Of a stretch of DNA of 64,000 nucleotides, positions 19,034 through 28,442 are shown piece by piece. Origin of the DNA: Candidatus Poribacteria bacterium (lineage in GTDB: Bacteria; Poribacteria; WGA-4E; WGA-3G); assembly GCA_963663765.2 (NCBI GenBank), contig CAXXUA010000005.1:160001-224000 (forward strand). The letters are read 5' to 3'. The notes beneath the pieces are model-generated. The model had not been told where the DNA came from and ran no database searches. It worked only from the letters and a program-made list of their open reading frames with translations. The translations under genes and the position numbers were made by a program. Numbering within the stretch: position 1 is the first letter of the stretch; every line of letters begins with the position of its first letter.

Positions 19034-20338
19034 TCACTTTGACGCGTGCGGCGTGAGAACTAATGTCATCCGCTCCTCTTCGGTTAGATACCTATTGACA
19101 ACATCTGCGACATTCGCTGCAGAGACATCTGCAAAAGCACTCGCAAGCTGCGACAAGGTTTCACCATATTGGTATTCCACCATGCCCCAACTTACTCCAA
19201 GTTGAAGGAGCATGTGAGTCTCTGTGATATTCGCAGGTTTATATTGCTTTAACAGCATTATATCAGGCGGCGCGCTGAGTTCTGTAGAAAGGGACTGGGC
19301 AAACATAGCAACTTGCGTGTTGTTTTCTGGTTGCTTTAATGGGTTCATCAACTCTTGAATCCGCTGCTTAACCTTCAATATGTCTGTATTTGGTTTAAGT
19401 GAAGCACTGACGTATAGATATGTCTGTTCGGGAGTGATGAGGTCAACCCCACAAACAACATAACCTGTTAATTCTTTCAATTGGGCATCCTGCATGAATA
19501 CTAACCGTAAGAGCACACTCGCTACGTAAAGTGCGGGGTAGTCTTCGTTTTCAGGACTAGGAATCTCGAAAGTTTCCATGTAATGCGTTACGTTGACATC
19601 CCAAGTCACGTTTTGGTCTTTTGCTATATCTGGAGATGCTGTCGGTTTAGGAAATGTCTTCGCTGTTAAGTTGATAGATCCAAGATGTTTTTCCATTGCA
19701 TCTTTCAACGTTTCGGAGTCAACGCCGCCAACGACACACAAAAGGACGCGATCTGCTTGCACTAAATGTAAGTCGCGATATTCCTGTAATTCACCTAACT
19801 TTGCTGATTGCACATCACCACGCATTGATATATCGGTTTCACCATGCCGAAAAACCTGGTTCCACGCTGCGAAAGCCCATTTATGTGTTGCCAAATTTGC
19901 TTCAGTAAATTTAATTTCGGATAGTGCTCGCGGCAGTTCCTCTGCTAAACTTTTCTCTGTAAACGGTAATCCAGAAAGCCACTTTGCATGTAGTTCTAAT
20001 CCCTGCTTCCAATTCTCAGTATTACCCAGAAACTCCAATCGCATATTGTCAGCCATTGTCTCTGCACTACTTGTCTTATAATTTATGGGGCTGGTAGTTC
20101 GAATTGTAAGGTGCTCAATTAAATGACTCCACTGTGTCTTCGCTTTTCCATCAGCTACGAGTCCAAGAGGTAAATAACTGAAAATACCGACATCCGTGGA
20201 TTCTTCAACGTAGAGATTGACAACGCGGATGCCATTACTTAACGTAAAACGAGTTACTTTTGGTGGTGCGGAAAGTGCCAGAGAAAAATTGCCAAGAACG
20301 AGTAATACTACGAATGCATGTTTAATTCTGTTAATCAT
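19034..20338 (-). CDS. Secreted M16 (insulinase-like) zinc peptidase
   Basis: Signal peptide; FTLSNGIRVV start; inverted zincin motif HLIEH; downstream EELPRALSE. Confidence 0.8.
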   Translation of the reverse strand: MINRIKHAFVVLLVLGNFSLALSAPPKVTRFTLSNGIRVVNLYVEESTDVGIFSYLPLGLVADGKAKTQWSHLIEHLTIRTTSPINYKTSSAETMADNMRLEFLGNTENWKQGLELHAKWLSGLPFTEKSLAEELPRALSEIKFTEANLATHKWAFAAWNQVFRHGETDISMRGDVQSAKLGELQEYRDLHLVQADRVLLCVVGGVDSETLKDAMEKHLGSINLTAKTFPKPTASPDIAKDQNVTWDVNVTHYMETFEIPSPENEDYPALYVASVLLRLVFMQDAQLKELTGYVVCGVDLITPEQTYLYVSASLKPNTDILKVKQRIQELMNPLKQPENNTQVAMFAQSLSTELSAPPDIMLLKQYKPANITETHMLLQLGVSWGMVEYQYGETLSQLASAFADVSAANVADVVNRYLTEEERMTLVLTPHASK

Positions 20339-20500
20339 CTTTTGCCTCCAAATGTTAGATCTTCAGATATTGAACGAAAATCGTTAGAACGATACGATTG
20401 TTTTTACCATTTGATTATCTAAAGACGTAATTTTGGGGCAGAAAACGTGCATAATTTGAAAAAAAAATGAATTTCATCTATTTTTTTCGTCATTATCCTA

Positions 20501-20683
20501 ACCCAAGTTGCTACAGTATATCTCATAAATCATATATCTAATCTATTTCAAAATATCACACCTTCAACGTAGGGACGAGGTCACCTCGTCCCTATATATA
20601 GATAGGGTCCTTTTAAACGGGCGGGGAGACCCCGCCCTACAAGTGATTTATGAGTTAGTCTCTACATAGGTAGCAACTTGGGT
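20501..20683. repeat. Nested repeat: outer TIR ACCCAAGTTGCTAC, inner TIR TCTCATAAATC, two REP-like hairpins
   Basis: Perfect 14-bp inverted ends at 20501-20514 and 20670-20683; GTAGGGACGAGG..CCTCGTCCCT and GGGCGGGG..CCCCGCCCTAC inside. Confidence 0.65.
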
Positions 20684-20708
20684 GACTTAATAATCGATCT
20701 CGCGTTAA

Positions 20709-21485
20709 TCACTTACCCATTGCTTTGAGTGCCTTCAAGCACCTTTCCACTGCCTCCAACGGCGGGAAGGCATCACTTTCATATTCTACGATATACCATT
20801 CTGTGCCACCAGTCGTTTCACAGACATCAAAAATCTCTGCCCACGGCACACTATCCTCACCAATAATTGGACGAAAACCCTTATGCCGATCCTCGTCACC
20901 CTCTGATAGGGTATAAGGTTTGAGATGCACCGTATCAGCCCGTCCGGGGTATCGCTTCAAAATGTCAACCAGATCAGCACCACCAGAAAGCGCATTCCCC
21001 ATGTCCAGCTGCATCACAACCCCATCGTTTGTATTTCCGAAGAAAGTATCCCACTGAATTTCACCATCCATCGGTGAGAATTCCGCGTGGTGATTGTGGT
21101 AACCTGTCACCATCCCATGCGGTTCCAGTTTATCCGCAACTTCATTGAAAAAATCTGCCAACTTCAACCAATCCGATCGAGATTGGCGAAGTTGTCCGGG
21201 GATACCCGGGACAATCACATAACGATTTTCAAGTACTTTATTGAATTCTATCGTCTCATCAAGTTTATCCTCTTGCACAAGTGTGAACGGCGTATGCCAT
21301 CCACAACACACCAACTCAAATTCCTCAAGGTAACCCTTCAACTCCTCTGCGGGATGTTGTGGTGCACCAGCAAATTCTACACCTTCGTACCCCATCTCTG
21401 CAACTGCTTTGATTGTGCCGCGCGCATCCTCTGCCAACTCATGCCGCACAGAAAACAACTCTAAACCAATTGGTACTCTTGCCAT
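20709..21485 (-). CDS. Sugar phosphate isomerase/epimerase (AP endonuclease 2 TIM barrel)
   Basis: GYEGVEFAG, YHNH, QLDMG, HLK and IVEYE motifs. Confidence 0.88.
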   Translation of the reverse strand: MARVPIGLELFSVRHELAEDARGTIKAVAEMGYEGVEFAGAPQHPAEELKGYLEEFELVCCGWHTPFTLVQEDKLDETIEFNKVLENRYVIVPGIPGQLRQSRSDWLKLADFFNEVADKLEPHGMVTGYHNHHAEFSPMDGEIQWDTFFGNTNDGVVMQLDMGNALSGGADLVDILKRYPGRADTVHLKPYTLSEGDEDRHKGFRPIIGEDSVPWAEIFDVCETTGGTEWYIVEYESDAFPPLEAVERCLKALKAMGK

Positions 21486-21674
21486 AATTTTCCTTCCATA
21501 ATATGTATTCTATTATCTTTTCAACAAACAATATCCTAACATTTCAACAATCTCTTGTCAAGGATAAGACGTGTAAACGATAAAGGTATTCAATTGTCCG
21601 AATGGGCTATTGAATACCGCTGACGCTCTGCAACATCACTATTGACATCCATACAAAATTAAGGTATTCTATAC

Positions 21675-21883
21675 CCGGACTTACATAAAAACGGTAGGTG
21701 GAGAATGCCAAAAGGCATTCATACCCGGGGAATGCCAAAAGGCAGTTATACCGTTGATTTCTTGATTTCTTGATTTCTTGATTTGGTGCTTTGTAAGCGT
21801 GCTGGAAACCTATAAAAATGCTGATAATTACATCACTTTTCATCATAATTCTTGATTAAATCAAGAAAACTGCGCAAGTCCTG
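21675..21883. mobile_element. CAGGACTTACGCA-family MITE with 5-bp TSD TATAC, carrying a GAATGCC palindromic insert
   Basis: CCGGACTTACA...TGCGCAAGTCCTG; TATAC at 21670-21674 and 21884-21888. Confidence 0.7.
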
Positions 21884-21920
21884 TATACATTCTCACAATT
21901 AGTAGGTAGAACACTTCATT

Positions 21921-22172
21921 ATGACTAATGCAGAAGTTCTTATACAACAAGGCATAAATTAAGGAATTGAACAAAGTAAAATGGATGGTTTACAACAGGG
22001 GGAAATACAAACTTAACGCAAGATCCTATTGAAACTACTTGGCATGCGTATCGGCGATGTACCCGAAACGATTAGTCGTAAAGTCTCAGGGCTGCGAAGT
22101 TGTTATCGTCTTGACGCTCTTTTAGATTAGGTTACAACTGCACAAACACTTGATGATATTGTATTGGAGTAG
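21921..22172 (+). pseudogene. Degraded stand-alone Rpn C-terminal (RpnS/DUF4351-like) module with three in-frame stops
   Basis: Translates MTNAEVLIQQGIN*GIEQ..GEIQT*RKILLKLLGMRIGDVPETISRKVSGLRSCYRLDALLD*VTTAQTLDDIVLE, colinear with the C-terminus of the Rpn at 42926-43183. Confidence 0.8.
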
Positions 22173-22216
22173 TAGTTTCGGTGAACTAAATTCGCAATAC
22201 TAAAGGAGAAAAGATA

Positions 22217-22744
22217 GTGAAACGATGGCATTATATTCTTACATTTTTCTGTGTTTGCTTCACATACTTGGGATGTCAGTCTAAAGCATTTCAGATGTTG
22301 ATTGAACCGCAGGAATGGGAAAACCTTGCAACTGCAGAAGGGGTAACCTGTAATGTTCCTGAAATGATAGATGGCGATCTGAAAACCGTTGGTTATGCAA
22401 ATAGTAGATGGTTACATGTAACACTACCTGTGAGAAAGACGATCCACCGTATTGTCATTCGTGGCACAAACATTACGGATGCCGTTGTGTACAAACAGTT
22501 AGAAGGGGACGGTCGTTGGCAAGGGTTTATGGAATTGAAAAATAACCGAGGTCCTGATATTGAGATGAAAATGAGCACAGTCACACAAGCATTACGGATA
22601 TATGTTAGTGGTACTACCGATGACAAACGCAAAGCCCCACAGTTCTCTTTTCAGCAGGGAAGCGGCTTGTCACGTAAAGAGTTAGGAAGACCTTTCGCAA
22701 AAGAATTAGAAGTCTACGGTTTCAAATCAAAGGATAAAAAATGA
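22217..22744 (+). CDS. Hypothetical lipoprotein, possibly galactose-binding/discoidin-like fold
   Basis: AAGGAG RBS, GTG start, lipobox YLGC, 'MIDGDLKT' motif. Confidence 0.7.
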   Translation: MKRWHYILTFFCVCFTYLGCQSKAFQMLIEPQEWENLATAEGVTCNVPEMIDGDLKTVGYANSRWLHVTLPVRKTIHRIVIRGTNITDAVVYKQLEGDGRWQGFMELKNNRGPDIEMKMSTVTQALRIYVSGTTDDKRKAPQFSFQQGSGLSRKELGRPFAKELEVYGFKSKDKK

Positions 22745-23805
22745 AACGATTGATGGTTGATAATTTATATAGTTGGTCTGTATTCAGTGAGATACGACAA
22801 ATAGATTTTAACGGACACTTATGGGTTCGGGAGGAAGGCAACATTGCCATTGACCCTGTTGCTATGAGTGACTCTGACCGCGAGCATTTTGAACAACTTG
22901 GTGGTGCTAAGTGGATTGTGATTACCAATCGTGACCATGAACGTGAAGCTGCTGCCTTTCAGGAATGGACAGATGCAGAAGTGATCGTGCATGAAGCAGA
23001 TGCAGACTTGGTAGACATCAAACCTTCACGTACCGTTTCTGATGGTGAAACTATTGTCCCCGGCCTGAAAGCAGTTCATCTCCAACATGGAAAAAGTCCT
23101 GGTGAAATTGCACTCTATTTTTCTCATAAAAGCACTATCCTTTTCGGTGATATAGTTGCTGGTGAACCGATGGGACGTTTGTCGCTACTTGCAGATGACA
23201 AATTGGAAGACGCACCACAAGCAGCCATGCAGCTCCGAAAGGTCTTAACATTACGATTCAACACGGTTCTCGTAGGAGACGGACACTCCATCTTTAGAGA
23301 TGGTCGACAGGAACTGGTTGATTGCTTGCAAGCACGAAACGACATATACATCAACCGCATCAACATTGACGATATGGAATGGGCACACAGAAATGCAGTA
23401 GGTCCTTACTGTTTTGACTATAAAGACATTGACCCATTGATTGGTGCGAAAAATATAGGATACTGTGTTTACCGTTTGCCTTCGGGTAATGCGACTTTTC
23501 CGATGCACTTGCACCACTTTGGTGAGGAGATGTGTTACGTGATGGAAGGCACATGCACACTAAAAACACCGCGCGGAGATATTGAAGTAAGGGAAGGTGA
23601 TTTCATTGCATTTCCGCCCGGACCTGTCGGTACGCACAAGTTTGTAAACGAAGGTGAACAACCAGCTACTCTGCTGATACTCGGTACAATCACTCCTCAC
23701 GATGTCAGTGAATATCCTGATTCTAACAAGGTATTGCCTTATGTGCTTCAAAAAATCTACCGCAAAGACCCAAGTCTTGAATATTTTGACGGTGAGGAGT
23801 TATAG
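22741..23805 (+). CDS. MBL-fold metallo-hydrolase-like domain fused to a cupin domain
   Basis: IDP, TNRDH, HEAD and LFGD MBL-like motifs; C-term HLHHFGEE..G.THKFVN cupin motifs; ATGA overlap with the upstream gene. Confidence 0.8.
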   Translation: MKRLMVDNLYSWSVFSEIRQIDFNGHLWVREEGNIAIDPVAMSDSDREHFEQLGGAKWIVITNRDHEREAAAFQEWTDAEVIVHEADADLVDIKPSRTVSDGETIVPGLKAVHLQHGKSPGEIALYFSHKSTILFGDIVAGEPMGRLSLLADDKLEDAPQAAMQLRKVLTLRFNTVLVGDGHSIFRDGRQELVDCLQARNDIYINRINIDDMEWAHRNAVGPYCFDYKDIDPLIGAKNIGYCVYRLPSGNATFPMHLHHFGEEMCYVMEGTCTLKTPRGDIEVREGDFIAFPPGPVGTHKFVNEGEQPATLLILGTITPHDVSEYPDSNKVLPYVLQKIYRKDPSLEYFDGEEL

Positions 23806-23820
23806 TTAGTTAGTTCCTCC

Positions 23821-25176
23821 TTATATTCTACGCATCTGTTGGTTTGCTTTTGCACGCGCATCTGTAAGTTCGGGATTGACAATTGCATGCAGTGACATTT
23901 CTAACCGCTTCCGTATTTCAGTACGTTCAGGTCTTGAGGCTAAATCCTCGTTTTCTAACGGGTCAACATCCACATTGAAGAGTTGCGGTTGATTACCTAC
24001 ATAGTAGCATAGTTTGTAATCTCCCTGTTTGAGCATAAAGCCAGCATTCATCATCCCCATGTGGTGATATTCTGAAAAGACTGTGCGTGTAGTTTCGTCT
24101 GCTTGATGCTTTGCAATATCCAATAGACTCTCCCCCGGTAAATCAGACGGTATTTCTGTTCCTGCTATCTCTAACAAAGTCGGCAAGACATCTACTAATG
24201 AGACGTTCTGCTTTACCCGTTTAGTTTCACCAGAAGGTAGACGAACCATTAACGGCACTTTTACTGCATTTTCGTAAAAGCACTGTTTTTGCCAAATGCC
24301 GTGTCTGCCTGCCATCTCCCCGTGATCACTTGCATAAATAACCACTGTGTTATCACGTAATGGTGTCGTGTCAATTGCTTGTAAGATGCGACCAATCTGT
24401 GCGTCAAGTGATGAGACGAGTGCGTAGTAGCAAGCTAAAGCACAACGCACGGTTTCTTCAGGTGGTGAAATGTCGTTCCGCCATGCCCAACGGTGATGCT
24501 GTATTACGGGATGTTGAGATTCCAACGGTTCGTTCCATGTGTCTGGCAAATCAAGTGTGTCTGGGTTGTACCAAGAGTAGAACTCAGGTGGTGCGATCAG
24601 TGGAAAGTGCGGATGCATGTATCCACAATATAGCAGGAAAGGTTTGATGTCTTTTGTAGAAGCCTTTCCGATGAGGTAGTCCACTGCTAAGTCTGCGACC
24701 TTTTGGTCATATCTTGTGTGTTCGTGATCACCCGTACCGCATTCTGCGACGTGTGAGTTGGAACCGCGCCGTGCGTCGGCTGTACGTCTTGGTGGATTTC
24801 CTTTTGTGTTACGCCACCGAGGTAGATCGTCTAACAAACGATCAGTAAAACCAAGAAGTCTATCTGTACCATTGAAGTGGGTGCGTCCACACAGGACGGT
24901 TTCATAACCCTCCTCAGTAAGATAATCACCCCATGTTCTGTGTTGCCTATCCAGAATTGCACCTAAATCCCACGCGTCAATCTGATGCGGATAGCGTCCA
25001 GTCAGCATCGACAAACGGGAGGGGGTGCATATTGGACTGTTGCAATAGGCGTTATCAAAGGTACAACTCTGCTGAGCAAGCCGGTCGAGATTAGGTGTTC
25101 GGACAACTGGATGTCCACTGTTTCCCATCACAGTTCCAGTATGCTCATCAGAGAAGAGAAATACGATGTTCATCAA
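23821..25176 (-). CDS. Sulfatase (choline-sulfatase-like)
   Basis: SDEH, CTPSRLSMLTG formylglycine motif, SDHG, VPL. Confidence 0.92.
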   Translation of the reverse strand: MMNIVFLFSDEHTGTVMGNSGHPVVRTPNLDRLAQQSCTFDNAYCNSPICTPSRLSMLTGRYPHQIDAWDLGAILDRQHRTWGDYLTEEGYETVLCGRTHFNGTDRLLGFTDRLLDDLPRWRNTKGNPPRRTADARRGSNSHVAECGTGDHEHTRYDQKVADLAVDYLIGKASTKDIKPFLLYCGYMHPHFPLIAPPEFYSWYNPDTLDLPDTWNEPLESQHPVIQHHRWAWRNDISPPEETVRCALACYYALVSSLDAQIGRILQAIDTTPLRDNTVVIYASDHGEMAGRHGIWQKQCFYENAVKVPLMVRLPSGETKRVKQNVSLVDVLPTLLEIAGTEIPSDLPGESLLDIAKHQADETTRTVFSEYHHMGMMNAGFMLKQGDYKLCYYVGNQPQLFNVDVDPLENEDLASRPERTEIRKRLEMSLHAIVNPELTDARAKANQQMRRI

Positions 25177-25205
25177 TTTTCCAAGAATGATATTATGAAT
25201 GATGT

Positions 25206-26246
25206 TTAATCATCATCGTGATCATCATCATCGTCGTCATCATCGTCATCGTCATCATCGTCATCATCATCGTCATCGTCGTCATCATCATCATCGTCAT
25301 CGTCGTCATCATCGTCATCATCGTCGTCATCATCGTCATCGTCGTCATCATCGTCATTATCGTCGTCATCATCGTCATCATCGTCATCATCGTCGTCGTC
25401 ATCGTCGTCATCGTCATCATCATCATAACGAAGGTTAGGAAAATCTGCTGGGTCTTGTTGATTTATCCAATCTTTGATAAGTTGAATTTGTGCAGTAGTC
25501 AACGGAGGACCATCTGGTGGCATTCTTCCTGACACGATTTCTTCAATAATATCACTCTCGTTTGCATTGCCAGGGACAAATACAGATTCATTGTCGTCAT
25601 CACCTTCAAGAAAGGATTGATATGTGCTGAAATCCATGTTGTCAGGACCGCCAGCAACATGACAGCCAGCATAGGCACATCTTGATTTCAAAATAGGTAA
25701 AACATTCTGGTTAAAGGATGTTTCTGGCTCTGATGTATTTCCAGTTGGTGGTTGCATTGGTTGTTGTGATGGCTGCCCAGGCGTCGTTGCGGTTGTCTGT
25801 TTATTTATCCAATCTCGGAATAGTTGGATTTGTGCATTAGTCAATGGATTACCGCCGATTGGCATTCTACCAGAAACAATTTCATCTATAATGGTACTGC
25901 TTGTATCATCTCCAGGAACGTAGACAGAACCGTTATCTCCACCAGCAATGAAACTTTGGTAATTGCTGAAATCTAAGTTCAGAGGTCCTCCAGCAACATG
26001 GCAGCCTGTAAATGCACAACTTGCTGTTAGTATTGGTAAAAGGTTTTGATCAAATTCCGCTTTGCTTTCTGCATTTTCAACACTGACCATATTTTGATTT
26101 TCTGTATCAGAACCTGGATCAGATTCAGAAGAAGAATCGGTAGGTTCAACGACATTAGTAATCTGTATGTCACATCCAAACAAGCAAAACATTAAACCTA
26201 AAGTAAGCTGAAAAACCAGTTGTAAACGCGTTAACATAAATGACAC
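25206..26246 (-). CDS. Lipoprotein with two planctomycete-type cytochrome c domains (CX4CH) and a ~70-residue poly-Asp tail
   Basis: Lipobox LFGC; CAFTGCH and CAYAGCH each followed by GRMP and WI; terminal Asp tract. Confidence 0.82.
   Translation of the reverse strand: MSFMLTRLQLVFQLTLGLMFCLFGCDIQITNVVEPTDSSSESDPGSDTENQNMVSVENAESKAEFDQNLLPILTASCAFTGCHVAGGPLNLDFSNYQSFIAGGDNGSVYVPGDDTSSTIIDEIVSGRMPIGGNPLTNAQIQLFRDWINKQTTATTPGQPSQQPMQPPTGNTSEPETSFNQNVLPILKSRCAYAGCHVAGGPDNMDFSTYQSFLEGDDDNESVFVPGNANESDIIEEIVSGRMPPDGPPLTTAQIQLIKDWINQQDPADFPNLRYDDDDDDDDDDDDDDDDDDDDDDNDDDDDDDDDDDDDDDDDDDDDDDDDDDDDDDDDDDDDDDDDDDDDHDDD
25209..25424 (-). repeat. GAY trinucleotide tract encoding poly-Asp (72 codons including one Asn and one His)
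   Basis: (TCA/TCG)n on the + strand, with mixed GAT/GAC codons. Confidence 0.95.
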
Positions 26247-26572
26247 CTCTCTGTTGTTGAGTAGTTAATTACAATATTTAATTGTTTCTATTACTTTTTG
26301 TATAATTATATTTTTATACTACAGTAGTCTGAGTTTTTTGTAGTAGATTATGGAATTAATTACACACTTGTATTTGGTAGGAGCGACCTTCTGGTCGCAA
26401 TTGTTTTGATACCTGGTCTCCATACGGTAGCGACCAAGAGGTTGTTCCTACCACTACCAACGCAGGGAATGGTCGCGTTCAGTAATCAACGGTATGAATG
26501 CCTTTTGACATTTCCCGTCTATAAAGCGCGCCAACCGTCGGGTGCGTAAGTCCTGTTTTATTACAAATGGTA

Positions 26573-27931
26573 CTGACATTTATCACAAGGTTGTTTATAC
26601 TGCTAACAATCAATGTTTAGAAGGGATTGTGTTATGAAAATGCGATTTGATTTTATAGATTTTTCTTGACTTTTAGCACATGAGATATCATCCTAATTTA
26701 AAAAACTTATGACATATTCATAAAATAGGAGGCTATCTCATGCAAAATCATATTATCTCTTCTGTAAAGTTTTTTCAAACACTTCTCTACTCTAATTTTC
26801 GAAAAATGACATCGGAACTTGAAGAAACCTTGCTTTTACTTTCAACCGGTCATCTATTTGGACTTTACAATTTGAATCAAATAGCAGACGCATTGTCTGA
26901 ACCGAAAGCGAAACTCTATCGGTGTCTAAAAAGTTTCAGCCTTTATCAGTGGCGGTGTTTATTAGTGCGTATCGGGTGTTCCATTGCAATCCAAGAGATA
27001 CGTGATACCGAATCTAAAAGTGCTTCTACACAATCCCGTCGTCGCATTACAATCAGTGTAGATGATACAAATGAGCAGAGATATGGCAAACTGTTGTCAT
27101 ACTGCTTCAGTTGGTGGTCAAAAAAAGATAATAGAGCGGTGCGATGCCGAAATATATTAGGGATCACCATCAAGATTGGAGATATGATCATACCGCTCAA
27201 CCTTCGTATTGTCAGCAAACAAGGGCGTGGCAACACAGATAAACCGAGCCTTTTTGTGGCTATGCTCAAAGAAGTTCTAAGTTTCTTTGATGCTGAAGGT
27301 ATTGATCTGAGAAAATATCCTATCACTTTTGATTCGTGGTATGGCAGTAAAATACTTACCGACATTCTGTCTGAAATGGGATTTGATAGCATACTCATTC
27401 ACGGGAAAAACAACTATGTGATGGACATTGATAACAAGTCCAAAAAACTTTCGGAACACAAAAAGGAAGTAGAACTGAACACGGAAAAATGGGGGTGTGA
27501 CAAACCTCACTATCGCACCCAAGCGATAAGCCGAACATTCGGTCCTCTTGTGATACTCTTTTTTTCAGATATGGGCAAAATCCGAACAATGCTGGTATTC
27601 GGTAAATCCTTACGATCTTGTGAGATACTCAGGATTTGGTCACAACACCACGGTATAGAACAATTTTGGCGATGCCTAAAATCAGATTTGAAACTTTCAA
27701 AAATGAGTTTACGGAAACAGCAAGGAGCGTATGCTACTTTAGGTATAAAAGTGATGAGTTATCTCCTATTACAAGATTTGAGCCGTTTGCAACACAAAAC
27801 ATTTCATCAAATACAACTTGAACTTACAGGAAAAAGAAAGATACTGCTAAAACTAAAAAAGCATTTTCATGAATGAATACCAACTAAACACTGATAAACA
27901 TTGAAATCTCAAGAACTTTGAGAAATATCAG
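26573..27931 (+). mobile_element. Insertion sequence, 1359 bp, DDE transposase (IS4-superfamily, IS701/ISH3-like), 5-bp TSD TGGTA
   Basis: Imperfect TIR CTGACATTTATCACAAG / CTTTGAGAAATATCAG with similarity extending ~70 bp to ATGAAAATGC; TGGTA at 26568-26572 and 27932-27936. Confidence 0.85.
26740..27876 (+). CDS. DDE transposase
   Basis: SVDDT, FDSWY and IEQFWR..K motifs; AGGAGG RBS. Confidence 0.88.
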   Translation: MQNHIISSVKFFQTLLYSNFRKMTSELEETLLLLSTGHLFGLYNLNQIADALSEPKAKLYRCLKSFSLYQWRCLLVRIGCSIAIQEIRDTESKSASTQSRRRITISVDDTNEQRYGKLLSYCFSWWSKKDNRAVRCRNILGITIKIGDMIIPLNLRIVSKQGRGNTDKPSLFVAMLKEVLSFFDAEGIDLRKYPITFDSWYGSKILTDILSEMGFDSILIHGKNNYVMDIDNKSKKLSEHKKEVELNTEKWGCDKPHYRTQAISRTFGPLVILFFSDMGKIRTMLVFGKSLRSCEILRIWSQHHGIEQFWRCLKSDLKLSKMSLRKQQGAYATLGIKVMSYLLLQDLSRLQHKTFHQIQLELTGKRKILLKLKKHFHE

Positions 27932-27936
27932 TGGTA

Positions 27937-28350
27937 TTAGTTATCCATTGCTCCTGCGTTTATCCAGTCAATAATAAGCTGAATTTGGTCTGCATCCAGA
28001 TAGGGACCGTCAGGGGGCATTTTTTGTTTGACGACTTCCTCAACGAGTTCGCTTTCCTTTGCATTTCCTGCATGAATTAGCGGACCGTGTTCACCACCTT
28101 TTTGCAAAGTATCATAGGTTCTTAGGTCAACATCGTCTGGTCCATCAGCAACATGACATCCTACAAGTGCGCATTGTTTCGTGAGAATAGGAGAAATATC
28201 TGTATTAAAAGAAGGAACAGGTCTGTTTCCAATATCTGGTCTATCAAATGCAAGACCTAATTCAGTGGCATATTCATCAAAAGTTTTGCCACACCCAACG
28301 ATATATACTGTAATTCCAATTAGTAATAGAAAAATAATTGTTTTTGACAT
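27937..28350 (-). CDS. Lipoprotein with a single planctomycete-type cytochrome c domain (CX4CH)
   Basis: Lipobox IVGC; CALVGCH, KMPP and WINAGA; paralog of the domains in 25206..26246. Confidence 0.82.
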   Translation of the reverse strand: MSKTIIFLLLIGITVYIVGCGKTFDEYATELGLAFDRPDIGNRPVPSFNTDISPILTKQCALVGCHVADGPDDVDLRTYDTLQKGGEHGPLIHAGNAKESELVEEVVKQKMPPDGPYLDADQIQLIIDWINAGAMDN

Positions 28351-28442
28351 AATGATTACCTCATTTCAAATAATTAATGTTATTAGTTGTTGGTTTACCA
28401 CTGATGCCAAAAATTGCTTTTATTTATACATTGACATTAGTG

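Noticed and set aside
25193-25532. His/Arg-rich, Met/Thr-rich and Ile/Val-rich ORFs over the trinucleotide tract
   Set aside because: These are alternative frames of the poly-Asp codons; only the Asp frame is continuous with a signal-peptide-bearing gene.
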